Shown: one piece after another, positions 26,703 through 34,223 of the stretch
Layout of the letters: the number at the start of each line of letters is the position of its first letter
Numbering within the stretch: position 1 is the stretch's first letter
Origin: an uncultured virus (IMG/VR IMGVR_UViG_3300021185_003723)
Taxonomy: Duplodnaviria > Heunggongvirae > Uroviricota > Caudoviricetes
DNA length: 64,000 nt
Strand: one strand, 5' to 3'
Virus record (IMG/VR): IMGVR_UViG_3300021185_003723
Notes under the pieces: model-generated
Told to the model about the DNA's origin: nothing
What the model saw: only the letters and a program-made list of their open reading frames with translations
The model's database searches: none
Program-made: the position numbers and the translations under genes

Positions 26703-27151
26703 ACATCTTTTCCCATAAATTGATATTTTACACCGGCTTCGTCAAACATCTGTGCAGAGAGCAGCCAAGAATCTCTCCACTTAGGATTACTAAAGTCGGC
26801 CAATTCCATGACCACACGTTTGACGCCAACTTGTACAATGCCCTTAGCACATTCAGAACAGCATGGCAGCCCTGTCACGTACAATGTAGATCCTTCAAGT
26901 GACACACCACTAAAAGCTGCATTGAATATAGCGTTCATTTCAGCGTGAACAATAAATTTATACTTCTTGTCTCTATCGCTTAAGCGATCTTCAGTATCGT
27001 CTACGCCACGCGCAAAGCCGTTATAACCTTGTGCTAGCACTTGACCTTTATTGCCAACAGCTACTGCTCCAACTTTACTTGATGGATCTTTAGACCATGT
27101 CGCAACAACATTTGCTAGTTCTAAGTAGCGCTCATCCCATTTATTTGACAA
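26699..27151 (-). CDS. cd: dCMP deaminase
   Basis: SKDPSSKVGAV, GYNG, HAEMNA, PCCSECAK; probable TTG start (ORF extends to 27205). Confidence 0.9.
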   Translation of the reverse strand: MSNKWDERYLELANVVATWSKDPSSKVGAVAVGNKGQVLAQGYNGFARGVDDTEDRLSDRDKKYKFIVHAEMNAIFNAAFSGVSLEGSTLYVTGLPCCSECAKGIVQVGVKRVVMELADFSNPKWRDSWLLSAQMFDEAGVKYQFMGKDV

Positions 27152-27812
27152 GGTTGAAGTGCCTTTCATACACATGTAAGTTTTGTACTTGCCACTGAAT
27201 AGCACCTGGTTCGATACCTAAATCGCTTGCAAGAGTTTTAAGAACGTATTGCTGCCAAGCATAATCATTTTTATAGCCAAACACAACGTCATTAGATCGC
27301 ATCTGTACGACTGCCTGTAGTTCACCATTGCGAATATAATATGTTACTGCGTTAGTACAAATAAAATCGTTCTTGCTATTTTCCTGAAACTCGACTTGAA
27401 TAGATGGGCGGTTGTAAATCATACAAGCTCGTCTACTATCAGGATTTTCAGTTAGCTCAATAAGCGCTTGCTCATATTGCCGGAAGTACTTATCGTCAAA
27501 TATCAGATGGCCATAGTTCGAGTTAATCTCACCGTGGCGGTTTGCAGAGTATTTCCATGCTTGTGGAGGTTCGCGTTCATCGCCATATATGTCATTAATA
27601 TTTGTAGATCCGCTCATATACCAATCAATTTCTTTATCAACATATTCTTGATTTACCTCACCAAAAATAGAAGGCTCGGTGGCCAGAAAACTAGCACCGA
27701 GCATTTCGATAGTCTTTGAACCTAAGCGATCAGTCGTAAACGCTTCGTCTTTAAGTTCGTTTATAAAATACTGACGTACATCAGCTACTGTCTGCTCTCG
27801 CACGAGTCGCAT
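27141..27812 (-). CDS. gp42: T4 gp42-like dCMP hydroxymethylase/hydroxylase (thymidylate synthase fold)
   Basis: INSNYG, DFICTNAVTY, MRSNDVVFGYKNDYAWQ, LHVYERHF closely match T4 gp42 motifs; Asp at the base-specificity position. Confidence 0.85.
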   Translation of the reverse strand: MRLVREQTVADVRQYFINELKDEAFTTDRLGSKTIEMLGASFLATEPSIFGEVNQEYVDKEIDWYMSGSTNINDIYGDEREPPQAWKYSANRHGEINSNYGHLIFDDKYFRQYEQALIELTENPDSRRACMIYNRPSIQVEFQENSKNDFICTNAVTYYIRNGELQAVVQMRSNDVVFGYKNDYAWQQYVLKTLASDLGIEPGAIQWQVQNLHVYERHFNLVK

Positions 27813-28221
27813 GTTCTGCCTCCATCACACGTTGACGTAGATCGCTAGTGCTAAATCTATGGTCACGCTTGTTAAAATATATTTGTATGCCACGGTTGCG
27901 GCACTCATCTCGGCCTGTGAAATCTTTGTCTTTGTATTCTACGCCTAAGATACGCACATCAATGTCATACATGTTTATTATATCACATAAATCATCCTCT
28001 GTACAGTAAATAATGACCTCGTCTACATATTTTATTGCGCTCAGTTGGGCTTGTCGTTCGACTATAGACTGGACCGGTTTATTCTTGCTAGGCCTATCTA
28101 TGGAAGGGTCTACTTGCAAAGCACAAATGAGATAATCGCATTGTGCCTTAGCTTCACGTAACATTGATATGTGGCCGGCGTGTAACAAATCAAATGTAGA
28201 TGCCGTAAATCCGGTAATCAT
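27781..28221 (-). CDS. TagD-like cytidylyltransferase
   Basis: TFDLLHAGH, QSIVER, YVDEV, RDHRFSTSDLR. Confidence 0.85.
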   Translation of the reverse strand: MITGFTASTFDLLHAGHISMLREAKAQCDYLICALQVDPSIDRPSKNKPVQSIVERQAQLSAIKYVDEVIIYCTEDDLCDIINMYDIDVRILGVEYKDKDFTGRDECRNRGIQIYFNKRDHRFSTSDLRQRVMEAEHATRARADSS

Positions 28222-28412
28222 GGCTTATTTGCATCAGCAATAACTGAGCGGCGGCCTTCAGGCCCAAGTTGATTATCTAGCATATTTTTAACTTTTTGAA
28301 GTAACACACACGCAAGCATTAAAATATCTTCGCGATCATCGCACAACATAATTTGACGATCAATCGGTTCAGATAATTCGAGCATCCGTTTTGTGATAGG
28401 ATTTATCGCCAT
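28218..28412 (-). CDS. hypothetical protein
   Basis: 64 aa, overlaps both neighbours. Confidence 0.6.
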   Translation of the reverse strand: MAINPITKRMLELSEPIDRQIMLCDDREDILMLACVLLQKVKNMLDNQLGPEGRRSVIADANKP

Positions 28413-29200
28413 GATGCTGCCGCCTTAATTTTCTGAATGTTGTCTGCTAATTTTATGTTAAATTGATTATCTGTTTGATCTGCATACAAGCCTTCTGATA
28501 AAGCTCGACTGAAACTTGCACCCATGTTTTGGTGCTTTAATTTAGTACATGCATCGTCTGTAGAATAACCACCACTCAACGCAACGATCTTAGCAACATT
28601 ATTATACAAATATAAGCTGGAATACAAATACGGCTTTTCAGGGATCGTCAATTTAAGTATTAAGCTCTTTTTAAATTCTGACAAATATGTAGGCAGTGCT
28701 TTTGCTAATGCGTCTTCTAGGTGTGGCTTGTCTTTAGAATCAATTGGTATCTCAGGTTCTACAATAGGAATTAATCCTTTGTCAGCAATAAAACTGGCAA
28801 ATCTAAACTGTTGCTCTAAGATATGGTGCAGCCACCGTTCTGTTTTTATAATAGATCGCATCTTAGTGCCAATCATATTATGTGCTCTAGCATAGTTGCA
28901 CATATCTTCAACACCAAACGGTTTTAACATACCGGCATCATCACAACCACTATCAATTTTGAGATAGGGTGAAATGCCTTTTTTTCTTAGAATAGGAACC
29001 ATGCCGCGATCAACAGTGTCTTTATATAAGATAGCTCCTGAGATGTTGTTATTAGTAAATGCCGGACAGTCTACCATACGAAGGCGCATGCTGTGTACTT
29101 TATCCATTTTATTGTCTTCAGTGTATTTCTCGCCATAACGTTCGAGAACACCTCCGGTCGAACCACCACTGTGATCCATGGCTGCAATAAACTTGCCCAT
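28403..29200 (-). CDS. fructose-bisphosphate aldolase class I
   Basis: FIAAMDHSGGST, LKIDSG, GTKMRS, PIVEPEI, LKLTIP, VALSGGYS, ASFSRALSEGL. Confidence 0.9.
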   Translation of the reverse strand: MGKFIAAMDHSGGSTGGVLERYGEKYTEDNKMDKVHSMRLRMVDCPAFTNNNISGAILYKDTVDRGMVPILRKKGISPYLKIDSGCDDAGMLKPFGVEDMCNYARAHNMIGTKMRSIIKTERWLHHILEQQFRFASFIADKGLIPIVEPEIPIDSKDKPHLEDALAKALPTYLSEFKKSLILKLTIPEKPYLYSSLYLYNNVAKIVALSGGYSTDDACTKLKHQNMGASFSRALSEGLYADQTDNQFNIKLADNIQKIKAAASWR

Positions 29201-29418
29201 TATTCTAGCCCTAGGCAGGGAATCAAAATAGACTGAGCACAGTTATCTGGATAAGCAATTGCCGAACCGAGAATAGGTAAACCTACCATCCCAATAATGA
29301 TAATCAAAAATGCCCAACCTAGGCCTTTAGTAGTGCAATAATTATGATGAGGTTCTTCAGACATTTTCATATAATCTCCTGCCGTAGTAAATTTTAAGTC
29401 TTGCATTTCATTATTCAT
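29200..29418 (-). CDS. small membrane protein
   Basis: GGAGGAG RBS; TM LGWAFLIIIIGMVGLPILG. Confidence 0.6.
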   Translation of the reverse strand: MNNEMQDLKFTTAGDYMKMSEEPHHNYCTTKGLGWAFLIIIIGMVGLPILGSAIAYPDNCAQSILIPCLGLE

Positions 29419-29854
29419 GCTCTCCTCCGTTACCGCGGCCGTTGTATCCGCCAAATATACTTGGTTTACGTTTGGCGGTTTCAAATGTTACTACGGTTAT
29501 TGCGATCGCCGCTAACAGTAATGCGTGCAGCATCATGCTAACAATACCTGCCCACATACTACCTACTACAATAGCAAACACAATACACCACATCCATGCA
29601 AGAACCTGCATAATCATATGGCGTGTACTAAAATCAGGAATATTGCTTAGTGGATTTTTCTCATGATCCATCACAACATTCCAACAATTATATACCCATT
29701 CTTTCATTGATATTATCCTTTTAAAAATCACCTTTGTTGGATAGTGAGCATCAATATCGTCACGGTACTCTATTGCATCGTGGACGTTATCAAACTCTTG
29801 TGATACTTTTCGATCTTTAAAGTGAGCTGTCACTCTATAAATTAGTTTGTCCAT
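29411..29854 (-). CDS. membrane hypothetical protein
   Basis: NPLSNIPD...QVLAWMWCIVF; internal AAGGA/ATG at 29707 may be a second start. Confidence 0.65.
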   Translation of the reverse strand: MDKLIYRVTAHFKDRKVSQEFDNVHDAIEYRDDIDAHYPTKVIFKRIISMKEWVYNCWNVVMDHEKNPLSNIPDFSTRHMIMQVLAWMWCIVFAIVVGSMWAGIVSMMLHALLLAAIAITVVTFETAKRKPSIFGGYNGRGNGGEHE

Positions 29855-30192
29855 TACTCATAACTTTCACCGGTTGCGCGAAAGAAGTTTTCACTCCAGA
29901 ACGCTTTGTCGTCAATCCAAATATCGTAGTTTTCTTTTTCGCCGACACTCAGCTCATTATACTTACACCCCCATTCGTCTAATTGCTTCTTAGTTAAATC
30001 AAAATAGTCAATACCACTTACGCATCCTCGAGCTGTCATATATTTAATAGTGTGGCCAGCATCGAACAACGCATTTACTTTTGCAATGCGTTCTGTCATA
30101 GGAATGTGGTTAGCATAATCTTTCTTGCCGCCACTATCAGGAATAATTACTTCCTTGCATATAGTGCCATCGATGTCAATTACGTATTTCAT
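29854..30192 (-). CDS. capless HAD phosphatase
   Basis: DIDGT, TARG, K...DIWIDDKA. Confidence 0.8.
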   Translation of the reverse strand: MKYVIDIDGTICKEVIIPDSGGKKDYANHIPMTERIAKVNALFDAGHTIKYMTARGCVSGIDYFDLTKKQLDEWGCKYNELSVGEKENYDIWIDDKAFWSENFFRATGESYE

Positions 30193-30530
30193 GCGTGCCC
30201 TACAGTTTCACGCTTGATATCGTTGTGGTTAAACTCGGCCCAATACAATTCAAACGCAACACCTGATTGTACGCATTCAAATTGATGGTATACGCCTGGT
30301 GGCACTTTGTGATATTGACCTGGGCCAATAATAGTTTCATCAACTAAATCATAAGAGTTTTGCCAAACGCGAACTTTCATAATACCTTCTTCAACGTAAA
30401 ACCCGTTCCATTTAAATTCGTGCATATGCTTAGAACACGTGCCACCCTCATTCATCTCAATACGATGAAACTCTAAAGCTCCGTTTGCTTCTACGAGTTC
30501 TGTTTGTCCCCATACTTTACCAGCAATCAT
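30189..30530 (-). CDS. cupin, sugar isomerase/epimerase-like
   Basis: GKVWG, CSKHMHEFKWNGFYV, PPGVYHQF. Confidence 0.75.
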   Translation of the reverse strand: MIAGKVWGQTELVEANGALEFHRIEMNEGGTCSKHMHEFKWNGFYVEEGIMKVRVWQNSYDLVDETIIGPGQYHKVPPGVYHQFECVQSGVAFELYWAEFNHNDIKRETVGHA

Positions 30531-31191
30531 TCCATTTCCTTGCATCTTTTGGTGTGTTAATTTCTATTCCGCTAAAGGTCACTGGAAGAACACCAATGTC
30601 CCAACCATTTTTTAACCAGCGCAATTGTTCTAATTGTTCAATTCGTTCTTCGCGGGTGCCGATTAGGTTTGGATACAATTCTAACGCTTCACGTTGATAA
30701 CCGTATATTCCTAAATGCCAATCGCCATAACCAGTCATCCCTCTGCCAAACCACAGGCACTTACCATTACCTCTTACTAATTTAACAGAATTAGGATTGT
30801 TTTGTTCTTCTTCAGGCATCATGGTACATACTGTTGATACCTTATATTGATTTAGTTGTATCTGAGTTTTTTCAATCATCTCAACAGTTACATCTGGCAT
30901 ATCACCTTGGACATTAATAAATTGATCGTATTGTTTTAAAGCTCTCCATTTTAATGCGCCAGCACATCGCTCAGTTCCGTTTGCATATTCTGCTTCCTCA
31001 ATCCAGCAATTACGATCGCTGAATAAATTAAAGATCCGCATATCATCAGTAAGAATGTAAGTGTCTAATCCTGTTTTGATACATGTATTATATACACGCT
31101 CAATCATGGTCATGCCAGCAAGGTAGACAAGCGGCTTACCAGGAAATCTGCTTGACTCATAACGAGCTGGAATAAGAATAGCGGTTTTCAT
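30517..31191 (-). CDS. kdsB: CMP-Kdo synthetase
   Basis: IPARYESSRFPGKPL, NGTER, INVQGDMP, HLGIYGY, EQLEQLRWL. Confidence 0.9.
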   Translation of the reverse strand: MKTAILIPARYESSRFPGKPLVYLAGMTMIERVYNTCIKTGLDTYILTDDMRIFNLFSDRNCWIEEAEYANGTERCAGALKWRALKQYDQFINVQGDMPDVTVEMIEKTQIQLNQYKVSTVCTMMPEEEQNNPNSVKLVRGNGKCLWFGRGMTGYGDWHLGIYGYQREALELYPNLIGTREERIEQLEQLRWLKNGWDIGVLPVTFSGIEINTPKDARKWNDCW

Positions 31192-31204
31192 TTTATGGTC
31201 AGCC

Positions 31205-31972
31205 TTAGTGTTTTTTTAAAGAATAAGCCATTATGTCAATTATGACGCTTTCAAAATCGTCTAGTCTTAGCATATTAGGTCCATCGCTTGGTGCGTTATC
31301 TGGGTCAGGATGAACTTCTAAGAAAAAGTTGCTAACTCCCAAAGCAGCCGCAGCACGAGTAAGACCTGGAACGTAGTCACGATTACCACCAGACGAGTTG
31401 CCGAGGCCGCCAGGCTGCTGACACGAGTGGGTCGCATCAAATACGATCGATACATCATAGTTATTAAGCATGTACTGAAGGCCATTAAAATCGACCACAA
31501 GATTGTTATATCCAAAGCTAGTTCCTCTTTCGGTAATCCATACTTCCTCAGCATTTTCGCACTTACTTAATATTCCTGCGACATCCCATGCTGCTAGAAA
31601 CTGGCCCTTCTTAATATTAACAATACAGTCTGTTTTGCAAGCTGTTTGTATAAGATCAGTTTGCCTAGATAAAAAGGCTGGAATTTGCAAAACATCCACA
31701 ACATCTCGGCATCTACTAATTTGACCTTCAGTATGAACATCTGTTAGGATCTTAACTCCGAGTTTTTCTTTTATATCGATGAAGTCAATAAGCGTGTTGT
31801 CTATTCCGACGCCTCGCTTTCCATCAATAGAACTGCGGTTAGCTTTATCAAAGCTTGCCTTAAAGTAATAATTAATATTGTATCTATGACAAACTTCTTG
31901 GCAATGTTTAGCAATTGCTAACGATTGTTCTAATGACTCATGTTGGCAAGGGCCAGCAATAACTGTAAGCAT
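31205..31972 (-). CDS. kdsA: Kdo-8-phosphate synthase
   Basis: IAGPC, KASFDKANRSS, LQIPAFLSRQTDL, NIKKGQF, ERGTSFGY, DATHS, SDGPN. Confidence 0.95.
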   Translation of the reverse strand: MLTVIAGPCQHESLEQSLAIAKHCQEVCHRYNINYYFKASFDKANRSSIDGKRGVGIDNTLIDFIDIKEKLGVKILTDVHTEGQISRCRDVVDVLQIPAFLSRQTDLIQTACKTDCIVNIKKGQFLAAWDVAGILSKCENAEEVWITERGTSFGYNNLVVDFNGLQYMLNNYDVSIVFDATHSCQQPGGLGNSSGGNRDYVPGLTRAAAALGVSNFFLEVHPDPDNAPSDGPNMLRLDDFESVIIDIMAYSLKKH

Positions 31973-32337
31973 TACGACGCGCCTTTGCCAAAGGTAATTG
32001 GCCAACCGGCTCGTTCAAGATCAACAGGCGTAAGTTCTTCGCGAAAGCGATCATCTTGATTTACATGCTTAGCATGATTCATTAGAATAATAATTTGCGT
32101 AGCAGCATGAGCTAAGTGCGTGAAGCCTGATTCAGGATCGACATCTTCACAGTCATTCCATGCAGTAAGGTGGCGTTGGATAGACGCATATGTTTCAGAC
32201 CAACTAGTGGTAGAACCATCATGGCGCCAGTTGTTGCGGCCATACTTATCTGCGCCAAAGCCAAATACTTCTGCAATTTGTGTAAGTTGCTCAGTCGGAA
32301 TAAGGTCTAGCTGTGGTTTACCGGCATTATATTTCAT
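31972..32337 (-). CDS. dATP/dGTP diphosphohydrolase N-terminal domain protein (DUF5664-like)
   Basis: KYNAGKPQLDLIP, GADKYGRNNW, RHL...DPESGFTHLAHA. Confidence 0.85.
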   Translation of the reverse strand: MKYNAGKPQLDLIPTEQLTQIAEVFGFGADKYGRNNWRHDGSTTSWSETYASIQRHLTAWNDCEDVDPESGFTHLAHAATQIIILMNHAKHVNQDDRFREELTPVDLERAGWPITFGKGAS

Positions 32338-32836
32338 AGGCTTGACGCTCCTTGAGTGCTTGTTTGATTGTGTCTATCATATCATAATTTGCCTTAATTG
32401 TAAACCCCCGACACGTAGTTTTTTCTACTATGGCTTGTAGTATCTCAGGCACAGGAATATGCTCAAGTATTTTGTATTTAATCATATCACCAGCCTCTAA
32501 GTTTCTAGTCCATGGTGGGCGATTAATATATTTCCAAGCAACAACAAAGTTAGTCGTGCCTTCAATAAAACGTTGAAGTATCCATGACGATATGTGGATT
32601 TCGTTAAAGCGATTGACATGTTTATAATCACAATTATTGAAAAACTTGTGTGTCGTATCGTATTCAGCTCCTTCATATAACGTTTGCATTGGGTCAATCA
32701 CGCACTGATGCATTTCAGCAAACTCAAAGTCCCACTGCCTTTCGGCCGTGTGTTTCTCTCTTTTGTCTAGTTCTACCTTAATATCGCGTTGGGCTATAAA
32801 CTCAGCCGTCACTTTTGCATTATATAATGTCATCAA
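32327..32836 (-). CDS. hypothetical protein, possible PD-(D/E)xK nuclease
   Basis: E...YD...CDYK spacing; weak. Confidence 0.55.
   Translation of the reverse strand: MMTLYNAKVTAEFIAQRDIKVELDKREKHTAERQWDFEFAEMHQCVIDPMQTLYEGAEYDTTHKFFNNCDYKHVNRFNEIHISSWILQRFIEGTTNFVVAWKYINRPPWTRNLEAGDMIKYKILEHIPVPEILQAIVEKTTCRGFTIKANYDMIDTIKQALKERQAYEI
32376..32404 (-). promoter_or_regulatory. intragenic early promoter upstream of the DUF5664-kdsA-kdsB unit
   Basis: GGGGG-TTTACA-17-TATGAT. Confidence 0.6.
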
Positions 32837-33762
32837 CCATTCCTATAAACATATTCTAAAGCTCTATCCGCTTCGACTTGTAGCGGCCGGTTCTCATACC
32901 AGTTGCCGTTTTCACAATCAAACTCACGACATAGCTGTGCTATTTCATTTGCCGTAATTGGATATTGTTTTCTGATAGCACCAGAGGCAATAGCAACCAT
33001 CATCTGATACATTTTAGAATACCAGCCAGTGCCTGATATAATTACATATTCGCTGGCTAACTTGCGTGGCCAAAACGGACAATCACGATAACCATTCCAG
33101 TGAATATCTGTATTATCTAATTTGTTTTTACGATAATCAATCACCTGCTTTTGTAGTGCCTCAGGCAGGCGATCTAAAAAACTATTGGCATGCTTACGGT
33201 CGTCATAAGGATGCTTTGCAATAAGAGCTGCCACGCCAATAGGATCACCGTCAACATCAAAATAAAAGTTGTTAGCACCGCTATATAATGCAGGGATGTA
33301 ATACATGCGGCTAAGATCTTTAGTTTGCTTATCTCCCATTTCGCCAAGTTCGGTGTTGAGTGCGTGCCAGAAGTGTCTGATGTTTTCTGCTGATAGTGTT
33401 TCATCAAGTCTGAACACCAGTCTAAACTTAGGTTGATCTTCCGTAGAGCTAGCAGTTGAATAACAGATATAGCCCCAATTAGGAATAGCACGATCCAAAG
33501 CATCTTTTAAAACTCCTTTAAACTGCCAATCATCAACATCAACAGCACACCAGCCTGACCAAGATAATACATTTTTATTGGCTCGTGTAGTTCCAGATTT
33601 ATAAGTAGCCGGTGAAATGAGCTCTGCATCTTTTTTACCTTTTCTTGGTTGTTGTGATAACTCACGCAAAAGGCCCGAGAATTGTTTCCAACTCTCGAGT
33701 TCCATTGTTTTGTGTGTTTGATTGTCAAACTGGCTTTTAAATAGAGTTAATGATAATGCCAT
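32833..33762 (-). CDS. archaeo-eukaryotic primase (AEP/PrimPol) superfamily protein
   Basis: AVDVDD, YSTASS...PKFRLVF, DKQTKDLSRMYYIP, helical C-terminal domain. Confidence 0.75.
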   Translation of the reverse strand: MALSLTLFKSQFDNQTHKTMELESWKQFSGLLRELSQQPRKGKKDAELISPATYKSGTTRANKNVLSWSGWCAVDVDDWQFKGVLKDALDRAIPNWGYICYSTASSTEDQPKFRLVFRLDETLSAENIRHFWHALNTELGEMGDKQTKDLSRMYYIPALYSGANNFYFDVDGDPIGVAALIAKHPYDDRKHANSFLDRLPEALQKQVIDYRKNKLDNTDIHWNGYRDCPFWPRKLASEYVIISGTGWYSKMYQMMVAIASGAIRKQYPITANEIAQLCREFDCENGNWYENRPLQVEADRALEYVYRNG

Positions 33763-33766
33763 AATA

Positions 33767-34213
33767 TTACCAGGTGCTGTTGACGACAATTTCCGGTGGC
33801 GTGCCTATAGCTAGATCTAGATCGCCGTGGTTATTTGTATGCTCAGGTGGTTTCCATCCACTAGGCTTTAGCAGATCTGGTAGACCAAATCGGTTAGGCC
33901 TACCAGGTTTTGCGCCAGTTTGTTTAGCCATATTAGCTTGATATACTTTATCCCATGCTTGATTAGCGTCTACTCCCATAACGTCAAGAGTACCAATAGC
34001 AAAAACGCACATATCAATCAAACCATCAACAACTTCTTCAGCGTCTGAGTTGTTAATAGCAGATAGTGTTTCTTGATATTCTTCGCCAATCATAAGCATA
34101 CGAAACATAATATATTTTCGCATGAGATCTTTATCACCTTTATTTTTTTCAAACCATTCTTTGACGCCAAACTTATTATGCATCATATAAATGTCATTAG
34201 CCCAATCGCTCAT
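33767..34213 (-). CDS. MazG-like/PRA-PH nucleotide pyrophosphohydrolase
   Basis: EEYQE...EEVVDGLID, ANMAK, LLKPSGWKPP; AAGGA RBS. Confidence 0.8.
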   Translation of the reverse strand: MSDWANDIYMMHNKFGVKEWFEKNKGDKDLMRKYIMFRMLMIGEEYQETLSAINNSDAEEVVDGLIDMCVFAIGTLDVMGVDANQAWDKVYQANMAKQTGAKPGRPNRFGLPDLLKPSGWKPPEHTNNHGDLDLAIGTPPEIVVNSTW

Positions 34214-34223
34214 ATCATATCCT

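Noticed and set aside
27141..27812. Annotation as canonical ThyA
   Set aside because: Motifs match T4 gp42, Asp replaces the dUMP-specific Asn, and ThyX is already present
29411..29854. Possible fusion or readthrough of two small genes
   Set aside because: An internal SD/ATG exists, but there is no stop or frameshift signal; cannot be resolved from sequence
31972..32337. Evidence for a 2-aminoadenine or deazaguanine genome
   Set aside because: No purZ, dpdA or que genes in the window; the domain alone is not diagnostic
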